A stretch of DNA of 64,000 nucleotides from Candidatus Omnitrophota bacterium (lineage in GTDB: Bacteria > Omnitrophota > Omnitrophia > Omnitrophales > Aquincolibacteriaceae), in NCBI GenBank assembly GCA_022711115.1, contig JAKLFP010000003.1, positions 201,199 to 265,198 on the forward strand, in the 5' to 3' direction. The notes beneath the pieces were generated by a model. That model was not told the DNA's origin. It did not search any database and saw nothing but the letters and a program-made list of their open reading frames with translations. How positions within the stretch are numbered: position 1 is the stretch's first letter; every line of letters begins with the position of its first letter. Below, piece by piece: positions 8,171 through 18,167 of the stretch. A program made the position numbers and the translations under genes.

Positions 8171-10159
8171 TTACTCGAACCCCAAAAGTTTACCGCCCTG
8201 GTAGACCACAAAAGAACTCGTCCACGCGAGTCCCGTCATGTACGCGATCATGAAAATCATCCATCCCCAAGAACTTGTTTCGCGTTTCACGACCGCGAAG
8301 GTTGAAAAACACTGACAGGCCAGCACATAAAATATCATAAGCGACAATCCCACCAACGGCGTATAAAGCGGTTGCCCGGTCTCCAGGGACTTGGCCTGCT
8401 GAAGAGCATGAATCAACCCTGTGGCAGATCCCTCGCCTTCCGTACGCACATGATGCACAATCGCCAGTGTACTGATCAGAAGTTCTCGCGCCGCAAAAGA
8501 AGCGATGATCCCGATCCCGATCTCCCAGTTGAATCCAAGCGGACGAATCACCGGTTCAATAATTTTTCCGAGGCGCCCGGCATAACTCGAAACAAGTTTT
8601 TGATTTTTTTCTTCATGTTCAAGAATGTCCAACCGTTCGGCCAGGGCCTCTCCCTGAAAAACAGCCGCCACTTGCTGCCGCTCATCGTAAAACTTTTTTT
8701 CGACGCTGGGGTCCTTGGGATAACTCATTAAAAACCACAAAATAATCGAGAACAGAAAAATAATACTCCCTGCCCTGTAAATGAACTCTTTGCTCCGGTC
8801 CCACATTGTCGCCAGAATCGTTTTAAAATGCGGGAAACGGTAAGGCGGTAATTCAAACACAAAAGGCATCCGGTTCCCTTTCAGGAAGGTCTTCCTGAAA
8901 AGAGCGGCCATGCCAAGCCCCGCTCCGATGCTCAGACCATACATGCCGAGCAGCGTAAAACCCTGAAGAGAGAGAACGTTGAGCAGCATGATATTCGGAA
9001 TGAACGCGGCGATCAGCAGCGTGTAAATCGGCAGTCTCGCGCTGCAACTCATGAGCGGTGCGACAAGGATTGTGGCAAGGCGGTCATTACGGTCTTCGAT
9101 CGTCCGTGTCGCCAGCACTCCGGGGACCGTGCACGCAAACGAGCTTAAAAGCGGCAAAAATGCCTTGCCGTTTAATCCTACCGCTTTCATGATACGATCC
9201 AGAACAAACACCGCGCGGGCCATATACCCCGTATCTTCAAAGAAGGCTATAAAAAAAAACAAAAGAAAGATCTGGGGCAAAAAAACAACCACATTCCCCA
9301 CACCTCCGATGACTCCGTCCACCACAAGGCTTTGGAGCGCTCCGGCGGGCAACAACTCCTTGGCCCCATGCGCCGCATATTCCACCCCGTGGGAGATCCA
9401 TTCCATAGGAATTTGCGCCCATGAGAAAATCGACTGAAAAATGAACGCCATGACTCCGAGGAAGGTCAAAATCCCCCAAAACCGGTGCGTCAAAACTTTG
9501 TCGAGTTTTTCAGACCCTGTGAACTCTTTTTTCGGGACCCATCGCAAAACTTTTCCCAAGACTGCTTCGATCCTCTGGTAGCGGACCTCGGGAGCCAAGT
9601 CAGGTTGAAACGTGTTTTCTTTTTCAGCCGCAACCGTCTTGTTCAATTCTTGTTCGATAACTTCTTTCAACTTCCGAATATTTTCACGTCTCATGCCCAC
9701 CGTAAAAACACACGGCACTTTGAGCTGCGCGCTCAACTGTTCCAGATCGATTTCCGCTCCGTTCTCTTTGGCCATATCCCACATATTCAATGTCAGCACC
9801 ACAGGAAGACCCAACTCGATTACCTGGGTCGCGAGATAAAGGTTCCGTTCGAGATTGTTGGCATCGATCACCACAACGACGAGATCCGGAAGCGGCGTGT
9901 CTTTCTGCTTTCCAAACAAAACATTTTGAACGACTTCTTCGTCAAGAGAACGCGGGATCAGGCTGTAAGCCCCAGGAAGATCCAATACTGCTATTTCTTC
10001 ACCGCTGGAAAGGGTCATTTGCCCGACACGTTTTTCCACGGTCACACCCGGATAATTGGCCGTACTATGGCGGAGCCCTGTCAACGCGTTGAAGATCGTA
10101 GTCTTCCCGGTATTGGGATTTCCGACAAGCGCAATCTCCCTTTTCTTATTGGTCTTCAT
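8171..10159 (-). CDS. feoB: ferrous iron transport protein B
   Basis: The G-domain has the P-loop GNPNTGKTT plus DLPG and TLNMWD motifs, followed by a large polytopic membrane domain. The start was chosen at MKTNKKREIALVGNPNTGKT. Confidence 0.9.
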   Translation of the reverse strand: MKTNKKREIALVGNPNTGKTTIFNALTGLRHSTANYPGVTVEKRVGQMTLSSGEEIAVLDLPGAYSLIPRSLDEEVVQNVLFGKQKDTPLPDLVVVVIDANNLERNLYLATQVIELGLPVVLTLNMWDMAKENGAEIDLEQLSAQLKVPCVFTVGMRRENIRKLKEVIEQELNKTVAAEKENTFQPDLAPEVRYQRIEAVLGKVLRWVPKKEFTGSEKLDKVLTHRFWGILTFLGVMAFIFQSIFSWAQIPMEWISHGVEYAAHGAKELLPAGALQSLVVDGVIGGVGNVVVFLPQIFLLFFFIAFFEDTGYMARAVFVLDRIMKAVGLNGKAFLPLLSSFACTVPGVLATRTIEDRNDRLATILVAPLMSCSARLPIYTLLIAAFIPNIMLLNVLSLQGFTLLGMYGLSIGAGLGMAALFRKTFLKGNRMPFVFELPPYRFPHFKTILATMWDRSKEFIYRAGSIIFLFSIILWFLMSYPKDPSVEKKFYDERQQVAAVFQGEALAERLDILEHEEKNQKLVSSYAGRLGKIIEPVIRPLGFNWEIGIGIIASFAARELLISTLAIVHHVRTEGEGSATGLIHALQQAKSLETGQPLYTPLVGLSLMIFYVLACQCFSTFAVVKRETSSWGWMIFMIAYMTGLAWTSSFVVYQGGKLLGFE

Positions 10160-10472
10160 GCCCCCCTCGATGGCGATGCTGTCTCCTGCGTTCGCAGCAA
10201 GAATCTTCGCCGTTCCTTTCCGTGTCTTTTTCGACAAGAATGCACTTCGCATCCTGCTTTCGTATAGACAAATAATAACCACGGATCCTCAGCTCCATGG
10301 GATCGGCCAGAGGCGCGCATCGCCGAACCTTGATCCATGTGCCTGGAACAAGCCCCAGCTCTTTCAGACGATAATGAAGATCCTGAGTTTCCGTAAATCC
10401 CCGGATCACACCGCTTTCTCCGGGTAATAGTCGGTCCAGGGTCGTAAGCTTTAAGTCCGGCATTTGGTGCAA
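10146..10472 (-). CDS. feoA: ferrous iron transport protein A
   Basis: An SH3-like FeoA pattern is present (LPGESGVIRGF...LKELGLVPGTWIKV). It overlaps the feoB start in a different frame. Confidence 0.7.
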   Translation of the reverse strand: MHQMPDLKLTTLDRLLPGESGVIRGFTETQDLHYRLKELGLVPGTWIKVRRCAPLADPMELRIRGYYLSIRKQDAKCILVEKDTERNGEDSCCERRRQHRHRGGHEDQ

Positions 10473-10888
10473 AGCCCCACAAGCTGGTGACAGTGAAATT
10501 CAACTTTAAATTCGAACCGCTCAGCGATCTTTTTCTGAAGTTTCTCAATGATCGGATCGCTGAACTCAACAACTTTGCTGCAAGTCCGGCAATAAAGATG
10601 ATCATGATGTTTCTTTTGATTCGCTGCCTCATAATAAGTGTCACGACTCGTTTTAAAACTCTGCTCGATCACTCCGGCCTCAAGAAGGATCGGAATGTTG
10701 CGGTAGATCGTATCGCGGGAAACACGGAGTCCTTGTTTTCCCAACCGGCGGACAAGCTCATCCACGTTAAAATGCCCGCGCTGTCGGCTGACGCCCTCAA
10801 GGAGTCTGAGACGCTCTTCCGTCACACGGAGATTTTTCTTTCGAAGAAAAGTATGGAATCGATCGTTTTTTACCGCCTGCATAAACAT
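10451..10888 (-). CDS. fur: Fur family transcriptional regulator
   Basis: A winged HTH (RVTEERLRLLEGV) and the metal-binding motifs HHDHLYCRTC...HCHQLVGLCTKC are present. It lies immediately upstream of feoAB. Confidence 0.85.
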   Translation of the reverse strand: MFMQAVKNDRFHTFLRKKNLRVTEERLRLLEGVSRQRGHFNVDELVRRLGKQGLRVSRDTIYRNIPILLEAGVIEQSFKTSRDTYYEAANQKKHHDHLYCRTCSKVVEFSDPIIEKLQKKIAERFEFKVEFHCHQLVGLCTKCRT

Positions 10889-10889
10889 C

Positions 10890-10914
10890 CTTATTAAGAT
10901 TGAGTCTTAATAAA
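10890..10914. promoter_or_regulatory. Fur-box-like AT-rich palindrome abutting the fur start
   Basis: cTTATTAAGA-ttgag-TCTTAATAAa is a 9-bp perfect inverted repeat with a 5-bp spacer, sitting 2 bp from the annotated ATG. The true start may be the downstream Met. Confidence 0.35.
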
Positions 10915-10979
10915 GATTGTACGAGGAAGAGAGGTTCCTGTCAAATAATTAGGCTTTAAGCGGCTGGGAACTGCCCAAG

Positions 10980-11840
10980 CTACGGCAAGCCGGTAAGCTG
11001 AGAAATGGATTGGCTGATACTGTAGTCGTTGATTTTAGAATCTGCAGAGTTGGTGTGAGTTTGCGTCTTCATGACCTTCGCAACCACGGTACCCGTCCGA
11101 TAGTCCAGATAGCATGTTTCTTGAACCTTAGAGCGGATATAAAGCGTGAGATTTTTAAACAACACTTTCAGGCGTTGCGTCTGGATCTGATCGGTTGTTG
11201 TTTCGACCACCGCGCAACGTCTTCCCTTGATCTCCGCGAACCCGGTGAGCGTACTTTTAGCTTGCACCTTATAGGGAGATTCCTCGATCTGCTTTACAAA
11301 AATCGAATTGAGACGAAGTGACATCGATTCCTCATAGCTCCATGCATCACCTGTTTTTACGGGATGCTCCGGAAAAAGCGGGGTCCGGGTCCAATTCATG
11401 ATCGTAAATTTTCCCTCTCTGGAATCATGTTTTCCTTGAACCAGTTTTAAGATCTCTCCGCGAGTGGAAATTTCGGTCTCTTCAATGATCTTTCCGGAAT
11501 GCCCTTCAAAAGAAGACTCCGCTAATAGCAAATAAGAATCGTTTCGCGATCCCTTCCGGTAAGTTTCAACCCGCTGATCCTTCAAATCAATCAACTTGCC
11601 GCGGCCATCCCGAACCTGCGCATAAATCTTGGTTTCTTCGCGGATTCTCAGAATGTTTCCCTCAGGAACCGATAGTCGGAGCGTCACGCCCGCCTGTTCT
11701 TCCGGACTGGGCTGCACATGCACGATCCCAAGCCTGGTAAAAGGATCCTCAAAACTCAAAGGACCTATACGGCCGCCAAGCCCCGCACATCCTGATGTAA
11801 AAACAATACTGACAAATATGAAAACAAAAGCTTTTTCCAT
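10980..11840 (-). CDS. hypothetical lipoprotein
   Basis: A lipobox is present (MEKAFVFIFVSIVFTSGC). I recognise no conserved domain. Confidence 0.45.
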   Translation of the reverse strand: MEKAFVFIFVSIVFTSGCAGLGGRIGPLSFEDPFTRLGIVHVQPSPEEQAGVTLRLSVPEGNILRIREETKIYAQVRDGRGKLIDLKDQRVETYRKGSRNDSYLLLAESSFEGHSGKIIEETEISTRGEILKLVQGKHDSREGKFTIMNWTRTPLFPEHPVKTGDAWSYEESMSLRLNSIFVKQIEESPYKVQAKSTLTGFAEIKGRRCAVVETTTDQIQTQRLKVLFKNLTLYIRSKVQETCYLDYRTGTVVAKVMKTQTHTNSADSKINDYSISQSISQLTGLP

Positions 11841-11859
11841 AAACACGACTTTTGGGAAA

Positions 11860-12147
11860 TCAGAATTTCGATTGAGCCACAACAAACATAACAGAGCTCA
11901 AAATTCCAAGCGCAGCGCCTAAAATCACTGTGTTGCGGACTTCACGCGGCTCATCGATCGGTGCGACTTGCCAATTAAACTGTTTCATGATCCACTGGTA
12001 TAAAGCTATGGATCGTTTTGGCCAAAAAATCGAAAGAACGCTAAGACCGATTCCCAAAAAACTGATCGCTAGGAAAATTATCTTAGGTGAAAAGCAACAG
12101 CACGCGAATTTACTGAGCGGACATTGCGTCATTTTGTTTCCTCCCAT
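11860..12147 (-). CDS. small hypothetical membrane protein
   Basis: Two hydrophobic segments are present. Coding is uncertain. Confidence 0.25.
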   Translation of the reverse strand: MGGNKMTQCPLSKFACCCFSPKIIFLAISFLGIGLSVLSIFWPKRSIALYQWIMKQFNWQVAPIDEPREVRNTVILGAALGILSSVMFVVAQSKF

Positions 12148-12163
12148 TCATGTTTCAAAATAA

Positions 12164-13093
12164 TCACGCTTCTGTTTTTTCCAACACAAAAAGCGGCACC
12201 GGCCCCTTAGGCGTATCATAGACAATGGTTTGACGAGGCATGCGGCCACGCATAAATGCTTCGATGTTGACCTGTCCTCCTTTTTGAAGAATCAAGGTAA
12301 CCGGTTTAAAAGATGGACCCGACTCGCTCCGAATAAAACCCATATGCACTACGTGATAATGTGATTCAATATATTTTTTTATTTCTTCCGGCAATCGATC
12401 GAAATAATGAACGGGACAAAAAGTGATAAACTCGACATTTCTTTTGAACTCTTTCAATTTGAAATCGCTTATATCCCGAGGCCACCCGCATTTTTTTTGC
12501 GCTACCACACAAACGCTATAACTCTGCACATCGCCTCTGTGAAAAAAATAACCATTTCCCGGAATCCTCTTTTTAAGATACTCGCCTGCCACATCAGAAC
12601 CATAATCCATGATCTGATAAGAAGCACGAACCGAAGCAACCACCGAAGGCATAGAGCCTATAAAAAAAGCTACTATCAAAAGATAACCAGACCTATCCTT
12701 GAGTCGCCGGTTGCACGCACGTGCGACATGCCAAAGCAAGTAAGCCGTAGAGAACGCTACGAGGAAAAGAAAAGGCATCTGATAATAGGTATGTTGATAA
12801 ATATAATCTGAAAAAATCATCCCATAGAGAAGCATCATGATAAGCCATCCGCCCACAAATCCTCTAAGTAATGGACGTCCACGGTCCCATATCATCATAG
12901 CCCCTACTCCCAAAACTGCCGCGATCAAGTAATAACGTGTAAAATTATAGTTGAGTATGCCCTCTATCATCCAGGGACTGTATTTAGCCCAGTAGGCAGG
13001 TGAAAAAATACGAAATAAATGGACACGACGCCCAATAACGTCGAAAGTGGAAGGATCTCTCCAAACAGTGAGCCAAAATAAAAAAACGATCAA
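12164..13093 (-). CDS. GT-C fold (family 39/ArnT-PMT-like) glycosyltransferase, C-terminal portion; probably the same gene as 13090..13767 (split)
   Basis: It begins with TTG and overlaps the upstream ORF's TGA stop (TTGA). A T7 homopolymer (13080-13086) sits at the junction. The combined length of 534 aa matches ArnT-like enzymes. Confidence 0.5.
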   Translation of the reverse strand: MIVFLFWLTVWRDPSTFDVIGRRVHLFRIFSPAYWAKYSPWMIEGILNYNFTRYYLIAAVLGVGAMMIWDRGRPLLRGFVGGWLIMMLLYGMIFSDYIYQHTYYQMPFLFLVAFSTAYLLWHVARACNRRLKDRSGYLLIVAFFIGSMPSVVASVRASYQIMDYGSDVAGEYLKKRIPGNGYFFHRGDVQSYSVCVVAQKKCGWPRDISDFKLKEFKRNVEFITFCPVHYFDRLPEEIKKYIESHYHVVHMGFIRSESGPSFKPVTLILQKGGQVNIEAFMRGRMPRQTIVYDTPKGPVPLFVLEKTEA

Positions 13094-13767
13094 TAACAGC
13101 GCTCCCCAAAATGAATTCTAAAAAATTTCTTAGGCAAGGTCTCCGCGTAAACACACATCCCCAAAAGAGGAATCATTCCTAACAAAAATGAGACTTTTAA
13201 AAGCAGGATGGCCATACAAGCGAGAACGCCGAGATAAAAATCCATCATTTTCCGAGAAACAATAAATTGTGCTCCGTGGTATTGAAACATAAGCATAAAA
13301 AAGAGGCCGGCAGATTCGGGCTGGAGATTTTTTGCGAAATAATTACCAAGGGGAAGAATCGCCATTATGAATGCCGTCAGTAATCCGATAAAAGAAGATC
13401 TGGAAACATAAGCAGCTAAGAGATAAGCATAAAGAATCGCTCCCAGAAAAAACAGAAGATTAAGCCCTCGAGCCGCTGCTAAAAAGTTCTCCCCAAAAAT
13501 ATGCAGGCAAAGAACCGTTTGCCATGCCGTAAGATAGCCCCCTGACATGGGCAAATATTCCTGAAAATCGACTCTGCGCGTCCAGTAATCCCCGCTTTTT
13601 ACCATGTTTCGGGCCATACTGATAAATACGTTTTCTTTCATACTGTGAAATCCAATAGCAGGAAAACTTAAATGATAGAGGCGAATCACGCAGGCAAAGA
13701 CAAGAATTGCAAGAAGTGTTAGGATTATTTTTTTACTCATGAAAACAGCAGGCTCTTTGTTTTCCAA
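13090..13767 (-). CDS. GT-C fold (family 39/ArnT-PMT-like) glycosyltransferase, N-terminal portion
   Basis: The N-terminal membrane region with KENVFISMARNMVKSGDYW resembles the GT39 DE/ARxM region. Confidence 0.5.
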   Translation of the reverse strand: MENKEPAVFMSKKIILTLLAILVFACVIRLYHLSFPAIGFHSMKENVFISMARNMVKSGDYWTRRVDFQEYLPMSGGYLTAWQTVLCLHIFGENFLAAARGLNLLFFLGAILYAYLLAAYVSRSSFIGLLTAFIMAILPLGNYFAKNLQPESAGLFFMLMFQYHGAQFIVSRKMMDFYLGVLACMAILLLKVSFLLGMIPLLGMCVYAETLPKKFFRIHFGERCY

Positions 13768-13771
13768 GATT

Positions 13772-15808
13772 CTAGGCTTCCCACGCGCTCTGATAACCGT
13801 TCACGGATTCGACATATTTCAGAAGATCATTATAAAAGGTGAGATTTGAAAGCGTCGCGCTGTCGCCGATCACGATCAGCTTGCGGCGTGCCCGCGTCAT
13901 GGCTACATTCATGCGCCGTGTATCGTTCAAAAAACCGAGCTGCCCTTCATGGTTAGACCGCACCAGTGAAACAATCACCACTTCTTTTTCCCGGCCCTGA
14001 AAAGCATCCACGCTGTCGATCTCAAGCCCCTTTAAATTTCCCGGATCATTTTTATCACCCAAAATCATGCCGTTCAAAAGCTTGACCTGGGCGTTGTAAG
14101 GGCTGATCACCGCAATCTCTTCCGAAGAAACACCGGCCTTTATCAAACGATCCAATGCTTTCACCACCAATGTTGCCTCCTGCGAGTTGTAACGGCTTTC
14201 GGTCCCCTCTTCCACTTCTTCTTCATAACCCATCCCGGCTGTGTCCAGGAATACAAAGGGTGTTAAATCCAACATCTCCGGATTGACATGCGGCAGATCC
14301 TTCAGTGTGTGGTGAATGGCGGAAGCATCCGCGTAAAGCGCACCGTCATAAAATTCCTGGGACGAAAAATTCATGATGTTTTCATGCATGCGGTATTGTT
14401 GATCCAGACGGAGCTTGGATTTTTTATCCAGGATTTCATGCAACCGCTCGAACAACGTAAACGTCAAATCTTTTTTATCGCGCTGGAACCCGCAGACCGT
14501 CGGCGGAAGCTGACAATGATCTCCGGCCATCACCACTTTGCCGGCATGAAGCAGCGGGATCCAGGTCGCCGGTTCGATCCCCTGCGTAGCCTCGTCCAAA
14601 ATCACCCAATCAAAGGCTTTGGCCTTGATCAGAGGGTCCCCACAGATCGTATGTGTGGCCACAATCACATCTGAAGCGTTCCACACCTGCTTAAAAATCT
14701 GCGCGCGGAGATCCCGGATATCATCCCGCAATTGATACACTTCTTCGCGCATTTCCCGTTTTTCTTCCCAGGACATTTCGCGCCGGTCCTGGCGGCGCTC
14801 CTTCTGTCGCGCGAATTGTTCCAGTTTCGCTTCGTTTTCATCGATCATTTTGGCAAAGGGATGCCTGGCAAGTTTATAGCTCAGGGTATGTTCTCGGATC
14901 CGTTCGCTGACGCGTGCCGGCTGTCCCAGCCGTGTCACCGGGACTTGCTTGTCGATAAGGCATTCCACCAAATGATCGCACGCCGCATTGCTCGGCGCGG
15001 AAACCAGAATGGTTTCTCCCTTTTGGAATGCTTGACGAATGATCTCCGTCAGCACCCGTGTTTTGCCTGTTCCCGGCGGTCCATGGATCAAAAGAATATC
15101 TTCCATGCTTAATGCCATGGCAACCGCTTGTTTCTGGTCTTCATTGAGTGTTTTGTCTGAAAACTCTATTTTTGCAAGCTCTATCGAATCGTTCAAACGC
15201 GGCTTTTTCAGCGCCAGGCTGATATCCCGAAGATACGCAACCTTGGAATGGTCGGCCGTACGAACCGCTTGGAGAGCTTCGTACATCCGTTCATAGGTCG
15301 TTCGGTTACCAGCACGATTCAGCTGGTAATTTTTTTCACGGCCTACCCAAGCAGGGATCCTGCCGCTGAATGCCACCGTAATTTTCCAGCGGTCCTTCTC
15401 GTAAACCGTGCCTGTCGGACAATCCAGAACCGGTGTTTGAAACCCGGAAAGCGTGACCATATCGCCAACGCTTAGGGAATATCGCGGTAAGGGACGACCG
15501 TTCTCGAAGGCAAAGGTCAGAAGCCGCTGACCGGAAGGGTTGTAATGTGTTTCCAAAAGGTCGAGACGAAAAAGGGCTTTCCCCCGTTTTTCTCTTTGGT
15601 CGGGATCCTGATCCAAAACTTCTGCTTTAAAGCGAGTTTGCTCTTCGCGCTCTTCATGGCGAAGCAGCCGCGTCAACGACAAGAAATGTTTTTCAATGAA
15701 AACCTCATCGCCAATCCAGATCCTGCGTTCCTCTTTTTTCTCCGCCGGTTTGGGCGGTAGCGGCGGAAGCTTTTTTTTATGAGGTTTATCGCGAAAGGTT
15801 CTCGACAT
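13772..15808 (-). CDS. superfamily 1 helicase, Upf1/IGHMBP2-like (AAA_11/AAA_12)
   Basis: Walker A LIHGPPGTGKT, Walker B VILDEATQ, and the motifs QYRMH and VDAFQGREKEVVIVS are present. The protein is 678 aa. Confidence 0.8.
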   Translation of the reverse strand: MSRTFRDKPHKKKLPPLPPKPAEKKEERRIWIGDEVFIEKHFLSLTRLLRHEEREEQTRFKAEVLDQDPDQREKRGKALFRLDLLETHYNPSGQRLLTFAFENGRPLPRYSLSVGDMVTLSGFQTPVLDCPTGTVYEKDRWKITVAFSGRIPAWVGREKNYQLNRAGNRTTYERMYEALQAVRTADHSKVAYLRDISLALKKPRLNDSIELAKIEFSDKTLNEDQKQAVAMALSMEDILLIHGPPGTGKTRVLTEIIRQAFQKGETILVSAPSNAACDHLVECLIDKQVPVTRLGQPARVSERIREHTLSYKLARHPFAKMIDENEAKLEQFARQKERRQDRREMSWEEKREMREEVYQLRDDIRDLRAQIFKQVWNASDVIVATHTICGDPLIKAKAFDWVILDEATQGIEPATWIPLLHAGKVVMAGDHCQLPPTVCGFQRDKKDLTFTLFERLHEILDKKSKLRLDQQYRMHENIMNFSSQEFYDGALYADASAIHHTLKDLPHVNPEMLDLTPFVFLDTAGMGYEEEVEEGTESRYNSQEATLVVKALDRLIKAGVSSEEIAVISPYNAQVKLLNGMILGDKNDPGNLKGLEIDSVDAFQGREKEVVIVSLVRSNHEGQLGFLNDTRRMNVAMTRARRKLIVIGDSATLSNLTFYNDLLKYVESVNGYQSAWEA

Positions 15809-15823
15809 GGATTGTCCTGAAAA

Positions 15824-16240
15824 TCATTCTCCGATGATCTTGACGATCACCCGTTTACGCCTTTGACCGTCGAACTCGGCATAAAAAATCCTCTCCCAAG
15901 TCCCGAGATCCAGCCGGCCCTTCGTGATGGCAACCACGACTTCACGGCCAAAAAGCTGGCGTTTGACATGGGCGTCGCCGTTGTCTTCTCCGGTCCGGTG
16001 ATGGCGATAGCCTTTCAGATCGTAGGGCGCGATTTTTTCAAGAAAGCCGTCAAAGTCCTGGATCAGCCCATCTTCATCATCATTGATGTAAACGCTTGCG
16101 GTGATGTGCATCGGATTCACAAGACAAAGACCTTCCTGGACGCCGCTATTGCGGACCGCTTCCTCCACTTGATTTGTAATATTCATGTAGTCTCGCTTTT
16201 TCTTGGTCTCAAAATAAAGATATTCGGTGTGTGTTTTCAT
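15824..16240 (-). CDS. YjbQ/UPF0047 family secondary thiamine-phosphate synthase-like protein
   Basis: Typical YjbQ segments are present ([16 protein letters not shown]...[19 protein letters not shown]). Confidence 0.75.
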   Translation of the reverse strand: MKTHTEYLYFETKKKRDYMNITNQVEEAVRNSGVQEGLCLVNPMHITASVYINDDEDGLIQDFDGFLEKIAPYDLKGYRHHRTGEDNGDAHVKRQLFGREVVVAITKGRLDLGTWERIFYAEFDGQRRKRVIVKIIGE

Positions 16241-16303
16241 CAGAACCCCTCCCTCGAGAATACGCGCAGATTATACAGCGAAAAGGCAGGGGCGAGAATA
16301 GGA

Positions 16304-18034
16304 TCAAACCTTGGAATTGAATTTGGAAGCCAGCTTTGTTTTTTCAGGATCCACAGAAAGCACAAAAAAATAGAACCGATTCGTGAACATATCGGATTTT
16401 ATTTTCCGACTAAATCCTTCCATTGCTTCCGATTCGAATTTTTTTTCATAAACCACGTAAAGATCAGAACACGATGGCAACTTCAGCTTGTCATCCTTGA
16501 GAGCTTTTCCGTAGACCCAAAGACAATTTTCACACATGGCCCTCAGTGAGGGTACCGGATAGCGCGTAATGATCGCAAAGGTCCGAAAATCAGGGCTGTT
16601 TTTGCTTTGTATTTTTTGACGTAAAGCCGCAACCCGCTTCATAAACTGCATCTGAAAGGTCCTTTGATCAAAAAAAAGCTCGTCCACATCATAGGTCTCT
16701 AAAACATCCACAATTTCTTCTTCAATAATAGGATTTTTTCTCTCCTTAAGAAATTGGCCGTAATAAGCCAGAAAAAAAATAATCACCAGCATTCCCAATC
16801 CCATCCAAATCTGCCGCTGCCTGAAGGCTGATATTTCCTTGCCCGCAAAGCGTCCAAGAAGTCTCGATAGGCCTTCGATCCCCTCAGCCGTAGTCACCGC
16901 CAAAAAAGGCAGAAGGATCAGAGTGTGCCGGGAAGGTCCATAGGGCAAATTCTTGAGAGGGACCATCCCCCACCAGGTCAAGATCGCTAACCCGATAAAA
17001 AGCCCTAAAAAACGCGTCTTTTTTTCAGGACTCAAAACGAAATTCACAACCCCAAATAGGAAACTCACAAACAATCCTATTGCAAAAAACTTGAAAAGAG
17101 GATGTGTTTCGGGGAAAAAGCCCGTTTTGGCTTCAATGATCACGAAAAGATTATGAAAGTAGAACCAGAGAACATATTTTATCTGCGCCCAAAGTCCGGA
17201 CGGAAAATTTTTACCGGGCAACCCGTATTCTCCGGAAGCTCCCAAAGCCCATTGAGTCCCCTGATAAAAATCGTAAAAACGCTTCTCCAGAAAAAAGTGC
17301 CAAATCGGCCAAAGAAAGATGAGGCACAGGATACCGCTGAAAAGAAAATTTCGTAAGACGAGGGCCTTATTTTCCGAGTCGGGGAAATAAAACAAAAAAA
17401 GAGAAAGATAAAAGGCCGGAATGAACAGAAACATCTGATATTGCATGGAACATGTCACAGCGATCACAACACTTGTCACGCATGCACTTCGGAGATTGAA
17501 GGAGGGCGCATGATAATACAGGGCTAAAAGAAAAAAAAGAATGACGACCCCCAAAACTCCGATGGCATAGCTATGCATTTGCTTGGCGTACGCAATGTTA
17601 TCCCAGGAACACGCAACAAGAACAATCGCAAGAAAAGCCTTATGCCAGTTCTTTTTATCATAGACCCTGTAAAAAGCCCATAACATGACAAGGGCAAGAC
17701 ATCCTGCCACGCATGAAGGAAGTCTCCCCCAAAATAAAAACTCACGGTAATTCATGTCCGGTGACACCAGAAAATATGTGAAAAGATATTCAAAAGGGGC
17801 GTTGGTTAAAGCCCTTGAAAGATGGAGGGGATCCTGCATTTTTTTTCCATCAAGAACACCAAGCAAAATCCCCAGATCGTCGGTATTTGTGAAATACCCT
17901 TCCAGTTGATAGAAACGCGCAAAAAAACCGATGCTAAAGACAACGCTGAATAGCAGGACAATGCCTTTGTTCTTTCGTAACCTTTCAGCAAGTTTTAAAA
18001 AAAAGTCGCGCATAGGCCTCATCATCTCTGGCAC
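16304..18034 (-). CDS. polytopic membrane protein, putative GT-C fold glycosyltransferase
   Basis: The protein is 576 aa with more than 10 predicted TM segments and an aromatic-rich loop pattern. Confidence 0.4.
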   Translation of the reverse strand: MPEMMRPMRDFFLKLAERLRKNKGIVLLFSVVFSIGFFARFYQLEGYFTNTDDLGILLGVLDGKKMQDPLHLSRALTNAPFEYLFTYFLVSPDMNYREFLFWGRLPSCVAGCLALVMLWAFYRVYDKKNWHKAFLAIVLVACSWDNIAYAKQMHSYAIGVLGVVILFFLLALYYHAPSFNLRSACVTSVVIAVTCSMQYQMFLFIPAFYLSLFLFYFPDSENKALVLRNFLFSGILCLIFLWPIWHFFLEKRFYDFYQGTQWALGASGEYGLPGKNFPSGLWAQIKYVLWFYFHNLFVIIEAKTGFFPETHPLFKFFAIGLFVSFLFGVVNFVLSPEKKTRFLGLFIGLAILTWWGMVPLKNLPYGPSRHTLILLPFLAVTTAEGIEGLSRLLGRFAGKEISAFRQRQIWMGLGMLVIIFFLAYYGQFLKERKNPIIEEEIVDVLETYDVDELFFDQRTFQMQFMKRVAALRQKIQSKNSPDFRTFAIITRYPVPSLRAMCENCLWVYGKALKDDKLKLPSCSDLYVVYEKKFESEAMEGFSRKIKSDMFTNRFYFFVLSVDPEKTKLASKFNSKV

Positions 18035-18167
18035 CTATCGATATTTTTATTATCCTTCACTCCGCTAAAACAGTTGCGGATCCATCCCCTTCCAAAAAGG
18101 AAGCAATAAAAAGAAAACCGCCATTCAGGGATCGAATGGCGGTCAAAAACACATTCCTCTAAAAATT

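Noticed and set aside
9485-10267. 260-aa ORF on the plus strand
   Set aside because: It is antisense to feoB and is a shadow ORF.
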